64,000 bases of DNA from Heptranchias perlo (lineage: Eukaryota). Shown here piece after piece: positions 24,101 to 37,594 of this stretch (positions are counted from its first letter, which is position 1; each line of letters begins with the position of its first letter). The notes below the pieces were generated by a model. The model was given only the letters and a program-made list of their open reading frames with translations. It was not told the origin of the DNA and did no database searches. The stretch lies in assembly GCF_035084215.1 (NCBI RefSeq), contig NC_090363.1, forward strand, positions 11,098,001 to 11,162,000, in the 5' to 3' direction. A program made the translations under genes and the position numbers.

Positions 24101-27100
24101 ATGGATGGAGTGCTGTGACGCCGTGGAAGCCCCGTTCCACAGTGGTACCTTCCGGCGAGCTGGCACCTGTGGTATCCGTTCACCTCGCCCCGGCTCCTGT
24201 GCACTTGTGCCCATTGTCTCAACACGTGCCGATCCCTCCTCTAATCTAGTCTCTACACTAAATGTGGTGTCAGTATCTCAGCTGGTGGATGTGAGTGTCA
24301 GATCAAGAGCTGGTGTGGCTTCATTATCCTGTCTTCCTCATCCTCCACCTCAGATGGTGCCGGCTCAAGTCTTGGGTGTCTGCAATGAAAAAAGGAGACG
24401 GGTTGAGCTGTGGAGCGGTGAGAGGAGCAAGGAAGACGTGCGTGCTGACACCACCGACAGCACATTAGTCAGAAAATATTGTGGGATGTGGGAAACGAGA
24501 AGTAGAATTAGGTATGTAGAGAACCTCTTTGTTGGGACCTCCAGCGCGGCACTTGCCATGGCCACAGCAATGGCCCGCCCAATTATCCAAAGCACAGTCA
24601 CCTCCAGAGGAGTGAGGACGTGCAGGAGTGCTGATACCCCCTGAGGTCTTTCACACTGCCCGCTGATATGCGCCATCTTCTGTTGCAAGACAGAGAGAAG
24701 AATGTCAGTGAGTGTCCTGCAAGACGTTTGGGTAATGTGCCGGTCATGGGTGAAGAACTGCCGGTATATGTGACCTGTGAGTGGTGCGTGTGTGGATTGA
24801 AAGTGTGGTGTTATGTGAGGGTGAGGTGCAGCATGCGAAGTGCAGCATTGTGTACAGATGGGCAGCGTTTGTTGGTGGGTGGGTGACGGGGGTGGGGGGT
24901 GGGTGTCATCTTGGAGCAGTGTTGTGATTCATAGGATGTGTCACTTGACACTTGCATTCACTCACCTTGACCACTTGTGTCAAATCATTGAACTTCTTCT
25001 GGCACTGCACCCACATGTGTGGTGCAATGCTCCTGGCATTCACATCCACGGCCACTTCCTCCCTCTGCCTCTGCAGCTGGTGACTGGAGGGTCTCCTGCC
25101 GCCGTGCAGGTACAGGATGGCTCTCTGTTCTTCCACTTACTCAGTCAGGGCCTCCACTGAGCTGTCGGAGAACCTCGATAAATTCTCTCTTGCCGGTCCA
25201 GTCATTCGACTTGTTATCCTCCACTGCTTGCATTTGCAGTGCACTTCCCCTTTAAGAGGTTCAGGCTGCCTTGAACTAGTGCTGGCCACGCCCCATATCC
25301 AGCCTCCTGGTGGGTGCAGCCTCTCGCCAAGGATAGCGCTGGCTGCACGGACAAATAATGGAAATGAGCCTGAAGCACGAATCTCGCCTCCAGCCTGCAT
25401 CGGAAACACCGGGCGCGGGTTAATCGCACACAGCGACCCTCGCGCCCGAATTCGGGCGTTCGCGAATTTAACCCCCACTCTCTGATATAATCTGATTCGT
25501 TATAATAAGAAATGAGTTTTAAATCAGGACAAAGAAACATATAGGACTTTTACCGGGTTTGATAGCATCAATCATTTCTCTCCACACTGTGTACTGAAAA
25601 GGGCCGTTGAATTTTTCGATAGACAGGGCGCCATCTGCTAATGACAGTATATAACCTTCGTCGCTAACCCTGCAAATATTCAACAATTGGTTATAAATTG
25701 ATCATAAACACCTTTCTGAGTTATTTTACCAAACAGTGCAGAGTTTCAGTAAAGAACATGTCCTACCTCCTCTTCTGACAAGTTTTCTCCTGAAATAAAT
25801 AAAACACAAATCTGAGTTGACACAAACTGACCATCCATATCCGGACAGCAGAATTGCCCTAATTTTGACAATCTGTTGATAATTCTGAATTCTCACTGCT
25901 GCCGACACACAGATACAAAGATGACATTACAAACAGGTATAGAAGAACCGGAGAGAGTGCAAAAAATTCCATGTAGGAAATATTTGAAAGCTGGTCAGAA
26001 GAAATTACACCCAAATTATCAAATGCCTCTCATAGAAACAGGATATGGCTGAGAAATCTTATTTGTGTCAGACGATGGAAATCAGCATCAGTCCCCCTCA
26101 CAGACACTGTGACTCTCACACCCACCGGACCAGACACACCCACACACTCACTCATTGTAACTGTAACTGCATTGCAATGTGAGTTTCAGGAGAATATTAA
26201 ACTCTTGGGCAACACGGAAATAATTACAAGCTAAATATCAAGATCAGGGCAAATCATTCCCGGGGTGGTTGCTGGTATTCCCGGGATTCTGTAGACATTG
26301 TGTGAGGCCGATTAGTTCGGTGACAATAACAGATCCGCCTCGGAATAGACAAAAAAATCGATCGATTTAAAACAGTCCCGAATTATCTGGAAATTCTGCA
26401 TTTACTTCAAAATTCTTGCCCATCATTTTGTGACTGTGAACATTCACTGAACTAAACTGAAATATAATCCTCACCTTCAGAAATATCACTCCGTCTTTTT
26501 CCTCCATCTGTTTTTGGAACTTTGAGAGCTTCTCCTGAATAGAATTTAAATTCTCTTGAATTTCTTGAAGATTTTCCTCCATTGTTTCTAGAATCCTCTC
26601 CTCTTCTTCCCTGAGATCTCCGATTAAAAGCTGCTCTTTCTCAGTGAGAATCTGGTGCATTTTAGCGAACTCGGATGTGATGCGGGTCTGCAGACTGCTC
26701 GACTGTTCCTACAAAATGAAATGTGAAAAATAATAATGTACCGCGATAAAGGAACAAAACTAACCGAGATCGCAGAGAATCGGCACAGGGAGACCTCACC
26801 CTAACTTCGGAAATCTGCTGCTTCTGTTTCAGTTCAGTTTTCAGAACCGCCGTTTTCTTCTCTGTGAGAGAATCTAAGGAAGATTTCAGCTGATCCTGGG
26901 ATTGGGAGAAAAAATGACAGAATGAAAGTGTTCGACCATGAAAATGTGATCAAATAATCAGGTGATCAAATATGTTCGCTTTTACCTTATAGATTTCAAC
27001 AGCTTCTTTGATCGGCATGAAGCGGTGGTCTCTGTGTTCCCGCGCATCTCTACAAATCATACAGATCAGTTTCTTGTCAGTTTCACAAAACAGCTTCAGT

Positions 27101-27396
27101 TCTTCCTGATGTTCCTCACAGTGAAGTTTACTTTCCTTCTCTTCCGGATTCAGCTTTAATTTTCGAGCTTTCTCGGCCAGATTCACTAAGGCCCGATTGA
27201 CCCTGAAGTTTCTTTCCGGAAACTCCTCCTTACATTCCGGGCAGGAGTTTGTTTCCTTCTGTTCCCAAAACTGTGTGATACAGGAGCGGCAGAAGTTGTG
27301 CCCACACTCCAGTATAACCGGATCAGTGAAGAAATCAAGACAGATGGGACAAATTGCCTCCTCGGTCCAACTCTCTGCCTGCCGTCTGGAAGCCAT
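21125..27396 (-). pseudogene. TRIM paralogue copy 1 (RING-Bbox2-CC-PRY/SPRY) with a 1-nt frameshift in the last exon; pseudogene, truncated allele or assembly error
   Basis: Exons 27396-26986, 26895-26800, 26708-26475, 25789-25767, 25669-25554, 21674-21125. The last exon is 550 nt versus 551 nt in the other copies; frameshift near 21430 gives ...VNRKWRLT*. Confidence 0.85.
22640..25476 (+). mobile_element. decayed PIF/Harbinger transposon in intron 5 of TRIM copy 1 (HARBI1-like transposase on +, Myb/SANT-like ORF on -)
   Basis: + frames give [21 protein letters not shown] and RNVIEQTIGIFKQRFRCL; - frame gives [10 protein letters not shown]...[11 protein letters not shown]...[11 protein letters not shown]. 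Terminus aatttaaccccc at ~25476; many disruptions; other end missing. Confidence 0.88.
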
Positions 27397-27545
27397 GTTC
27401 ACACTCAGCACTTCCTCATTCAAACCGCTTTTACCTTCGATGTTACTGGGCTCCCGAACACCTTCAGACCACAAACCCTCTGGTGAATCACCGTGTAAGA
27501 TACAGATCCATAAACTGAATTGTGTTAATGATTGTAGCCGCTCAC

Positions 27546-27707
27546 CCTAAAATACAAAGTGACATAAATGTCAAGGAGCTGTCTGGAAGCTGTGATCAGT
27601 TTCAGTCCTTCCTGATTCAAACTGCTGATGTCATGTTTCTGTGGGTGGATCCAGCCCCGGTTCCCAGTCTGAGATCACTCCAGAGTCCCTGTAAGTGCTG
27701 TTCACAT
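27546..27707 (-). other. putative non-coding 5' UTR exon of TRIM copy 1 (homologues upstream of copies 2 and 3)
   Basis: On the - strand, tttcatccag acceptor and tagg|gtgagc donor, then a 66-nt intron to a ttcaccag acceptor before 27479, upstream of the ATG. Prediction only. Confidence 0.45.
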
Positions 27708-27899
27708 CTGGATGAAATTGTATCACATTTACAAAGAGAAAAGACATTCGATGAAGTTTGGGTGCGCACCCATCATCAGACTGAGAGACAAACGGGTATT
27801 TTACTCAGTCTGGGAAACGGAGAGGGAAAAAGGAGGAGGGGAGAGGAGAGATCAACGCTGATTTGAAAGAAATTGTTCGGTTGCATGGATCGCAGGCTC

Positions 27900-28570
27900 G
27901 GGCTCAGGATTGGTGTCAGCCTCGCCCACCTTGTCTGTTTTGCCGGCCTGGGATGCGGCAGTTGCTGTGGACGAGCCCCATCTCCTTATAGGCGGGGGCA
28001 CCGAACACCCTCCGATGTCCAGAGGCCGCGGTGGGCCGGCCCCTGGTGACTCACATAAAACCCACCCTGGGTTTCCTCCAACCGGGCCGGTTGGACGTAG
28101 GTCTGGTGCCGGAAGGATTGGACCTGACCGAGGTTCGTCTCCCTGAGGCCGAGCGGGATCGGTGCAACATCTGACCTCACCTCCCCCAGTTGAATTCGAG
28201 GGAGGAGGAGCTCGTTGGGGATCAATGGCGGGACGTTTGATAAAACGATCCTCTGTCTCCCGGCCTGGAGAGGATCCACCAGCCGGAATCTCCCGACCAC
28301 CGTGAGCCCCTTATTGAGGGCCAGTCACACAGCCCGCTCCGACCTCAGGAAGAACACGGCCTTCCCGGACATTTCAGAGGCGGCGACAATGACTGAGGGG
28401 CCGACAACCCCAGACATGGTCTTCACACAGGCTTCAATGGGCATGTTGGGCTGAGTGTAGCTCTTGACCCCATTCTGTTTCGCAAAGAGGCGTAAAGGTG
28501 CCGGGGAAGCAGGAGCAGCTGCAGAGGCCAAGCCCGCGTCCGTCCGGCTTGTACCGGGCACCGACGAAGG
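27900..28570 (-). mobile_element. Tx1-clade ORF1 N-terminal fragment upstream of TRIM copy 1
   Basis: KQNGVKSY...IEACVKTMSGVVGPSVIVAASEMSGKAVFFL...RIVLSNVPPLIPNELL...VQSFRHQ is typical Tx1 ORF1; a degenerate zinc knuckle follows. Confidence 0.82.
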
Positions 28571-29002
28571 TGGAGTCGCCCGATGAAAATTGGGAGCTGC
28601 ACTTCACCCAAAGAGAGAGAGAGAGGGAAGGAAAGGGTGGAAGGAGGGTGAGAAAGAGAGGGAGAGAGAGGGAAGGAACGGCGGAAAGGAGGAGGAGGGA
28701 GAGAGGGAAAGAGGGAGAGAGAGAGAGGGAAGGAGACAAGGAGGCAGACTGTAGAAGTGGGGGAAACGGTGAGTTGGGTGGAGTGCACTCGACTCGTGTT
28801 TTACATTCTCTTCTTGGTTGGGGGACAGAGACGTCTTCACCCAGACAGCTGAAACTGCCGAGGCTCACTGCTCCACAAGGTGTTCATTGCAAAAAGACTT
28901 CAGCCAGGCAGCTCCAGCTGTACTGGGCCAGGCAATGGGATTGTTTATAACAAGTATATTTTTAATATCGCACTCGCCCTTTTTCCGGCCTTGTCCACCA
29001 CC

Positions 29003-29515
29003 TCAATCTGATTGACAGTCCCCGGGCTCCCTCATTCTCGGCCCCGCCCCTTCAGTCTGATTGACAGTCCCCGGGCTCCCTCACTCCCAGCCCCGCCCCC
29101 CTCGTCTGATTGACAGTCCCCGGGCTCCTTCACTCCCAGCCCCGCCCACCCGTCTGATTGACAGTCCCCGGGCTCCTTCACTCCAGCCCCGCCCCCTCGT
29201 CTGATTGACAGTCCGCGGGCTCCTTCACTCCCATCCCCGCCCCCTCGTCTGATTGACAGTCCGCAGGCTCCTTCACTCCCATCCCCGCCCCCTCGTCTGA
29301 TTGACAGTCCGCGGGCTCCTTCACTCCCATCCCCGCCCCCTCAGTCTGATTGACAGTCCGCAGGCTCCTTCACTCCCAGCCCCGCCCCCCTCGTCTGATT
29401 GACAGTCCCCGGGCTCCTTCACTCCCAGCCCCGCCCCCTCGTCTGATTGACAGTCCCCGGGCTCCTTCACTCGCAGCCCCGCCCCCTCAGTCTGATTGAC
29501 AGTCCCAGGGCTCCC
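29003..29515. promoter_or_regulatory. ~48-bp tandem array (11 units), each unit with a GC box and TGATTGACAG; putative promoter
   Basis: Unit tctgattgacagtccccgggctccttcactcccagccccgccccctcg; CpG-rich; 5' of the Tx1 ORF1 fragment and TRIM copy 1 on the - strand. The repeat is seen; its function is inferred. Confidence 0.55.
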
Positions 29516-29543
29516 TCTCTCCCAACCATCCCCTCCCCAACTC

Positions 29544-29745
29544 AGGCCACCGTGCAAGGCCATCCCACCTTGTATTGTGCACCATATATTAGGAGATATG
29601 TCCTGTGTTTGAATTGCAATATTGGGATCGTTTGTGAACGATCTGTATTGTATTGTTTTGTATTGTATTGCTTTCGAATTGTTTTTTATGTTGTATCTTT
29701 AAATTCTATGAAATAAAGTATATCTTGATTTTTTTAAATAAAAGA
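29544..29745 (+). mobile_element. 3' tail only of the same Tx1 element
   Basis: Matches 55028-55230; upstream part deleted. Confidence 0.75.
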
Positions 29746-29874
29746 TTGTCTCTGCACCTTTAAAAACTCTGTCTCACTGCACAAGTATTTGAAATATATT
29801 GTAGGACGGTGTGATTGTTTCTGTACCTTTAAACTCTCAGACTCACTGCACAGTTATTTCAAGTGTATTGAAGG

Positions 29875-30290
29875 ATGATGTGTGAGGGAGGAGGGTCTGT
29901 GAGGTGATGTGTGTGGGAGGAGGGTCTGTGAGGTGATGTGTGTGGGAGGAGGGTCTGTGAGGTGATGTGTGTGGGAGGAGGGTCTGTGAGGTGATGTGTG
30001 AGGGAGGAGGGTCTGTGAGGTGATGTGTGAGGGAGGAGGGTCTGTGAGGTGATGTGTGTGAGAGGAGGGTCTGTGAGGTGATGTGTGAGGGAGGAGGGTC
30101 TGTGAGGTGATGTGTGTGGGAGGAGGGTCTGTGAGGTGATGTGTGTGGGAGGAGGGTCTGTGAGGTGATGTGTGTGGGAGGAGGGTCTGTGAGGTGATGT
30201 GTGTGGGAGGAGGGTCTGTGAGGTGATGTGTGTGGGAGGAGGGTCTGTGAGGTGATGTGTGTGGGAGGAGGGTCTGTGAGGTGATGTGGG
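29875..30290. repeat. 29-bp G-rich VNTR (~14 units)
   Basis: Unit gaggtgatgtgtgtgggaggagggtctgt. Confidence 0.95.
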
Positions 30291-31907
30291 AGCAGCGCCT
30301 TTGTGCAGGGTGAGGATTGCACTCTTGATTTCCTCCCTCCCCTCTTTCTTTCTCTTCCTTTCCTCTTCTTCCTTTCTCTCTCATTTCATTCCTCTTATTT
30401 CTTTATCTTTCTTTCTGCCTCCAGCTCCATTGTCTGTATCCTCTTTTAAAGCGTTTCATTCCCTCATCCCATTTCCCTTGCCTTGCCCCTCTCTCGCGTT
30501 CCTTTTCTCTGTTTTCACTTTCTCGCTCTCTCTTTTCCCTTTCTCTTTCTTTTCTTGCTTCCCTCTTTCATTCTTTTTTCATGATCTCTCATTCAATTTT
30601 CTCTCCATTTACACTTTCTCGCTCTCTCCTTTCTTTCTCTCTCTCTCTTTCCTTTCTCTCCTCTTTATTCGGCGAGAATAGTATGGGAGAGGGCTCCCAC
30701 CACGGTCCAGGAATCGCAACCGCCCGGGGCAAATCTCCCTCATTGTGACCTGACCCCCATGGTATAATTCCCCCCCGCGCCCTCCCTGCCGTCACCGCTG
30801 CAGTGCACTGGACATTACAATATACTGGACCTTGCAATGCACCAGATGTTACTTCACTGGTGGTGTTCAGGCAGCTTCAAGAATCCAAAGTGGTGGCCCT
30901 TGTGGAGAAATGGAGACATGTTTTTGAGTATTTGGGATTTTAACTTTTATTTCCCAAGCTCTGACAAAGGGCAGGCTATTGACAACATAAAGTCATGGCC
31001 ACTAACTTTATTAACGTGACATAGTTGATACAATAAAATGAGAATATTAACATTCATTATTGAGTTACTAAAAAGGTAAGTAAAGAGCATGCATTACCTC
31101 TTGTTCTGATCAGCTGCCTTCTAATCGAATAAACACAGAGCTTCGCTCACACTGAGAGTGTTCTGTGCTTAATCGATTGTCAGGCAAGTGGATGCAAGAT
31201 CAGTCCGATCGAAGTGATTGCAAAAGTATCAACTCCTCGATATTCTCGCTGGGACATTGACAGAAACGAAATACACCTGGAAAGTTACATTTCTGTGAAG
31301 TTATGGACATTGACATGAAATTACTCCCACTGACACTTGGAAACACCCAAGGGAACTAAAACAAGATTTCAAGATAATTATACGTGAGGAAGGCCATTCT
31401 GCCCATCTTGATCCATCCAGAGAGATCTTAACATCACCCCAATGCAGCATCAAATTGTTTCTGAAATGATTCCAGGGTTCTTGTCTCCATCCCCCCATCT
31501 GGAACCTCACTCCACATGATGATGACACTTTGGGGTGGAAACAAGGTGGTTGTGCCCCCAAAATTGGTTGGCAGTGACAGAGGAGAATTAAAACATGGGC
31601 AATGCTCCCTCAGTTCTGCACTGAATTGTCAGCCTGGATTATGTGCTCAAGTCTGTGGAGTAGAAGAGAGAAAGGATGGTTCAATGGGAATTGGAATAAT
31701 TGGATGGCTTTTTCAAAGAGCCGCCACAGGCACGATGGATTGAATGGCCTCCTGCGCCGTATGATTCTATATGAGGCTGGCTTGTATTTTAAATGGGATT
31801 ACCACCTGACTCGGGACCATCCGCACCCCCTGTGACTGAGACCGACGCCCAGCAGTTTGCAGCAGACAGGAGGCCGTTACGCGGTGTGGAATTATGGGAT
31901 GGACCTG

Positions 31908-34900
31908 TTAGTGACCTTTAACCCCGCGCATTGTCAGCGGTGCTGAGTTTTTCCCGTCGTCATTCAGTCCCGGATGGAAGATCGGAAAGAGTCTCTCAGT
32001 GAAAGTGTGGGTGAAAGTGTGGAGATGGGACATGTTGTCCGCATTGTAAAATGACACCTGTCCGCCCTCATAGTCCAGGTACACCCCGATCATCCGGGGC
32101 TTCACACTCGGGGTGAGGGGGGTGTCATCGGGGGAGGTGGCGGCAAAATAACCACCTTCAGGATCCAGCCGCACAATCCAGTATCCGGACTCAGGTCTCG
32201 GTTCAATCTCCCCTTTCCTGTTAACAGGCTCTCGGGCCACTCCCACACTCCACCGAGTCTTGTTCCCCACCTCCACCTCCCAGTAGTGTCTCCCTGATGT
32301 GAATCCCTCCGATCCCAGGACACAGGCCACGCGATCAAACCTCTCCGGGGTGTCAGGGAGCGGCTGCCATTTCCCTCCGTCTCTCACACTGGTCCGGTCC
32401 TCAGACACAATGAGCCGGGGATTCGCTGTGTTCGGATCCAGAGTCAGAGAGGCTGGAGCTGGGGGAAGGTTAAAATAACACAGTCAGTGAGTTAGTTTCT
32501 TGCGGTGATTTATTCAAATACTTTCCTGTTTAAAGTGCCCACTCGGGGGATTCCCGGGACCTCGGGTGGTTTTAAAGGGCTCCAGGTTTTGTTATTGGAA
32601 TCTTCTCCCACCCGGGGGTTTACGCTCCTGGGGCCGCTCTGACTTCCCAACCCGGTCAGAGCTGAGCGGGGACCGGGCGCACATTGTGTTTTATTTTTGT
32701 CTTTCTTCAGCCCCTGGCGCCCTGATTCGACACCGACCCGCTACAAGGAACCCTGCGCCCCCTCGCCCTCCCCACCCCACCCCGAGTCCCCTGCGGTTCT
32801 CAGCTCCTGCAGAGTGACCCACGGGCCTGAAGAAATACACAAGGAACCGGCACCAAGAGGCGCCGATGTGACTTGGAGGCTCAATCTCGGCCCGGAGATG
32901 TTATCTCTGAAATCCCCACTTCACCAATTAGATGGATGGATGAGGGGAGATGGGGGAGGGGGGATCTGAAGTAAGAAACCAGAGGGGAAGAAAAGGTGAA
33001 AGAAGTAAAAAGTAAGGAGGGAAACTGCTGCAGAAGAGAAGAAAGAACCGAGAGAGAGTGGAGGGGAACTAAACTCATCAGAGGGAATGGGAACAAGAAC
33101 AGTTCCCGCAGAGGGAGGGAGGGAAATTGCTCAGGCGGGGCAAACAGTAAGGAAGGGAGCGAATAAATAGTTCAAGGGGAAAAGTAGAAAAGCAAGGGGA
33201 TAAAGAAGCTACGGCCCACAACTCAATGTGTCCAACAGCATGACCCGGAACGCGAGATAAACTGGAACAACCGGGCAGCCCCCAGATTCAGAGAAACCCG
33301 CCCCCCGACAGAAAAAAACACCCTGGACATAACAAACCGACATCATCCTGAATACAGTCCATCAAAAAAATTATATCCAGGAATCTCAACAGACTCGAAC
33401 ACAAAATCAGCCAAAACAAAACGGATCTCCATAAAGGGAGAGGTCGGAGTCTAATTTCCACAGGAGACCCTCCTCACCATAAGTGAACTGCTGCAGCCAC
33501 AACTGCAGCCTCAAAGCAGGGCAAGGACAGCATTGCTTGTGGATGTCAAGGTAACCGTGGCACTGAACTTTTATGGCTTTGGATCCATTCAGGTCTCTTG
33601 ACAGAGAGAAGCAGAATGAGCGAGCACGAGTGTGTGCCGCATTGCAGGCTTCCCCATGGTGCAGGGTGTCATTGACTGCACGCAAAGAGCCATGTGTGTT
33701 CCATATCTCAACTCAGCCATCTTTATGAGCAGAAGGGGTTCCATTCCCTCAATGTGCAGCTGGTGTGTGACCACACGCAGTGCATCATGCAGCTCAATGC
33801 CTGCTACCCTGGCAGCAGTCATGATGGCTTCACTATGCGGCAGTCCAACGTCCCAACTATCTTTGAACCGGCTCTGCAAGTCAATGGCTGGCTGCTGGGT
33901 GACAAGGGCTATCCCCTCATGAGCTGGCTCATGTCTCCGGTCAGGCACACAAGCACACGCATGGAGCAGGACTACAATGAGAGCCATGCAGCCACATGAA
34001 ACGTCATCGAGCAACGCTTCCGCTGCCTGGACCGTTCTGGTGGGGACCTGCATTACTCAGCTGAGCAGGTGTCTCGATTCGTCATGGTATGTTGCCTGCT
34101 GCAGAACCTCGCCCTTATGAAGGAACAGCCCTTGCACCACCTATCTGGCAAGTCCCTGAGCCAGAGGCAGAGGGGGAGGAGGACGTTAAGGAAGTGGAGG
34201 AAAAGGATGAGGAGGAAGAGGAAGAGGCAAGGATGCAACAAGATGCACAGGCCCTGTCTGCCAGGGCTCTGCGTGCTCACCTTATTCATGAGCGATATGT
34301 GTAACCTCATTGACACCTCCCAACTCACCAACAGTCCGACACTCCTTGCTTTTCCTCTCCCTCATGACCATCAAATCGCCCTCCATATGATTACACATTG
34401 CTTCCTCCCACAGCTTATCAAATAAATAAAAACCACCACTAACTGCGACTTCAAATACAAATTCATAACGTTACACATTAACTCAAGTATAAAACATTAC
34501 ATTATTCACCCTTGTGAATTCCCTCAGTGACTGTCGTTCGTCTGCCTTTCCCCTTACTGGTGCTCCTACGAGGTGAATCCCCTGTACCTGGAGCGCAGGT
34601 GGTGGAAGGCTGCTGACCTTCAATTGAGGTGCGTGCAGATGGACTTGGAGGACAAATACAACCAGCTCTTCGCCAGGAGAGTCCGGCTTCAGCCTGCACC
34701 ATCTCAACATGGGTTCCAGCAGTCTGGCCTGGCTGGCTGACAGGCAACAGCAAGGGCACTGACAGAGTGGCAGGGTTGGGCGCAGGAAAGCTGTCATCTG
34801 GAGAGAGGACAGCAGGTTCGACTGCCATGGCGTCACTGCCTCTCGAATGGGGCAGCGTCTCATCAATCCTGCTAATCAATTGAAGAGCAGATGCACGTTC

Positions 34901-37090
34901 TCTTGCCGGTCCAGTCATTTTACTTGTGATCCGACTTTACTTGCATTTGAAGTGCACTTCCCCTTTAAGAGGTGCCGGCTGCCTTGAACGAGTCCTCGCC
35001 ACGCCCCATATTGAGCCACCTGGTGGGTGCAGCCTCTCGCCAAGGATAGCGCTGGCTGCACGGACAAATAATGGAAATGAGCCTGAAGCACGAATCTCGC
35101 CTGCTGCCTGCATCGGAAACACCGGGCGCGGGTTAATCGCACACCGCGTCCCTCGAGCCCGAATTCGGGCGTTAGCGAATATAACCCCCACTCTCTTTGA
35201 TATAATCTGATTCGTTATAATAAGAAATGAGTTATAAATCAGGACAAAGAAATATATAGGACTTTTACCGGGGTTGATGGCATCAATCATTTCTCTCCAC
35301 ACTGTGTACTGAAAAGGGCCGTTGAATTTTTCGATAGACAGGGCGCCATCTGCTAATGACAGTAATTGAACACCCTCGCTAATCCTGCGAATATTCAACA
35401 GTTGGTTAGAAATTGATCATAAACACCTTTCTGAGTTATTTTCCAAAACTGTGCAGTGTTTCAGTAAAGAACATGTCCTACCTCCTCTTCTGACAAGTTT
35501 TCTCCTGAAATAAATAAAACACAAATCTGAGTTGACAGAAACTGACCGTTTATATCCAGACAGCAGAATTACTCCAATTTGTGACAATCTGTTGATAATT
35601 CTGAATTCTCACTGCTGCCGACACACAAATAGAAAGATGACATTGCAAAAAGGTACAGAAACATCGGAGAAAGTGCAAAGAATTCTATGTCGGATATATT
35701 TGAAAGCCGGACAGCAGAAATTACACCCAAATTATTAAAAGCTTCTCATAGAAAAAGGATATGGCTGAACAATCTTATTTATGTCAGACGATGGAAATTA
35801 GCATCAGTCCCCCTCACAGACACAGTGACTCTCACGCACACCGGACCAGACACTTGCACACACTCACTCAATGTAACTGTAACTGCATTGCAATGTGAAT
35901 TTCAGGAGAATATTAAACTCTGGGGCAACACGGAAATAATTACAAGCTAAATATCAAGATCAGGGCAAATCATTCCCGGGATTCTGCAGACATTGTGAGA
36001 GACCGATTAGTTCGGTGACAATAGCAGATCCGCCTCGGAATAGACAAAAAATCGATCGATTTAAAACAGTCCCGAATTATCTGGAAATTCTGCATTTACT
36101 TCAAAATTCTTGCTCATCATTTTGTGACTGTGAACATTCACTGAATTAAACTGAAATATAATCTTCACCTTCAGAAATATCACTCCGTCTTCTTCCTCCA
36201 TCTGTTTTTGGAACTTTAAGAGCTTCTCCTGAATAGAATTTAAATTCTCTTGAATTTCTTGAAGATTTTCCTCCATTGTTTCGAGAATCCTCTCCTCTTG
36301 TTCCCTGAGATCTCTGATTAAACGCTGCTCTTTCTCAGTGAGAATCTGGTGCATTTTAGTGAAATCGGATGTGATGCGGGTCTGCAGACTGCTCGACTGT
36401 TCCTACAAAATGAAATGTGAAAAATAATAATGTACCGCGATAAAGGAACAAAACGAACCGAGTTCGCAGAGAATCAGCACAGGGAGAACTCACCCTAACT
36501 TTGGAAATCTGCTGCTTCTGTTTCAGTTCCGTTTTCAGAACCGCCGTTTTCTTCTCTGTGAGAGAATCTAAGGAAGATTTCAGCTGATCCTGGGATTGGG
36601 AGAAAAAATCACAGAATGAAAGTGTTCGACCATGAAAATGTGATCAAATAATCAGGTGATCAAATCTGTTCCCTTTTACCTTGTAGATTTCAACAGCTTC
36701 TTGAATCGGCATGAAGTGGTGGTCTCTGTGTTCCCGCGCATCTCGACAAATCACACAGATCAGTTTCTTGTCAGTTTCACAAAACAGCTTCAGTTCTTCC
36801 TGATGTTCCTCACAGTGAAGTTTACTTTCCTTCTCTTCCAGATTCAGCTTTAATTTTCGAGCTTTCTCGGCCAGATTCGCTATGGCCCGATTGACCCTGA
36901 AATCTATTTCCGGAAACTCCTCTCTACATTCCGGGCAGGAGTTTGTTTCCGTCTGTTCCCAACACTGTGTGATACAGGAGCGGCAGAAGTTGTGCCCACA
37001 CTCCAGTATAACCGGATCGGTGAAGAAATCAAGACAGATGGGACAAATTGCCTCCTCGGTCCAACTCTCTGCCTGCCGTCTGGAAGCCAT
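31908..37090 (-). CDS. TRIM paralogue copy 2, intact 476-aa RING-Bbox2-CC-PRY/SPRY protein (TRIM39/zinc-binding protein A33-like)
   Basis: Exons 37090-36680 (MASRRQ...CPIC...CGHNFCRSC...CPEC; B-box CEEH...CETD...CVIC...HRDH), 36589-36494, 36402-36169, 35504-35482, 35384-35269, 32458-31908. All GT-AG; total 1431 nt. Confidence 0.93.
33435..35189 (+). mobile_element. decayed Harbinger transposon in intron 5 of copy 2, internal deletion removes most of the Myb ORF
   Basis: [27 protein letters not shown]...YPGSSHD...[11 protein letters not shown]...YNESHAAT (DDE_Tnp_4 motifs); deletion junction near 34890. Confidence 0.88.
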
Positions 37091-37594
37091 GTTCACACTC
37101 AGCACTTCCTGATTAACCCCGCTTTTACCTTCGGTGTTACTGGGCTCCCGAACACCTTCAGATTACAAAACCTCTGATGAATCACGGTGTAAGATCTAGA
37201 TCCTTAAACTGAATTGTGTTCATTATTGTAGCCGCTCACCCTGAAAGACAAAGTGCCACAAATGTCAAGGAGCTGTCTGGAAGCTGTGATCAGTTTCAGT
37301 CCTTCCTGATTCAAACTGCTGGTGTCATGTTTCTGTGGCTGGATCCAGCCCCGGTTCCCAGTCTGAGATCACTCCAGAGTCCCTGCAAGTGCTGTTCACA
37401 TCTGGATGAAATGATATCACATTTATAAAGAGAAAAGACATTCGATGAAGTTTGGGTGTGCACCCATCATCAGACTGAGAGACAAACGGGTATTTTACTC
37501 AGTCTGGGAAAACGGAGAGGGAAAACGGAGGAGGGGAGAGGAGAGATCAACACTGATTTGAAAGAAATTGTTCGGTTGCATGGATCGCAGGCTC

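Noticed and set aside
26820-26845. ISRE-like GAAAACTGAACTGAAAC
   Set aside because: Lies in coding exon 2 (KTELKQ) and does not match the GAAANNGAAA spacing.
27397-27474. N-terminal extension MWSEGVREP... from the ORF track
   Set aside because: Non-ATG start and not conserved in copies 2 and 4; the shared start is aacATGGct (MASRRQ).
33632-34304. Domesticated HARBI1 gene
   Set aside because: Frameshifts, stops and deletions in all four copies; sits in a transposon context.
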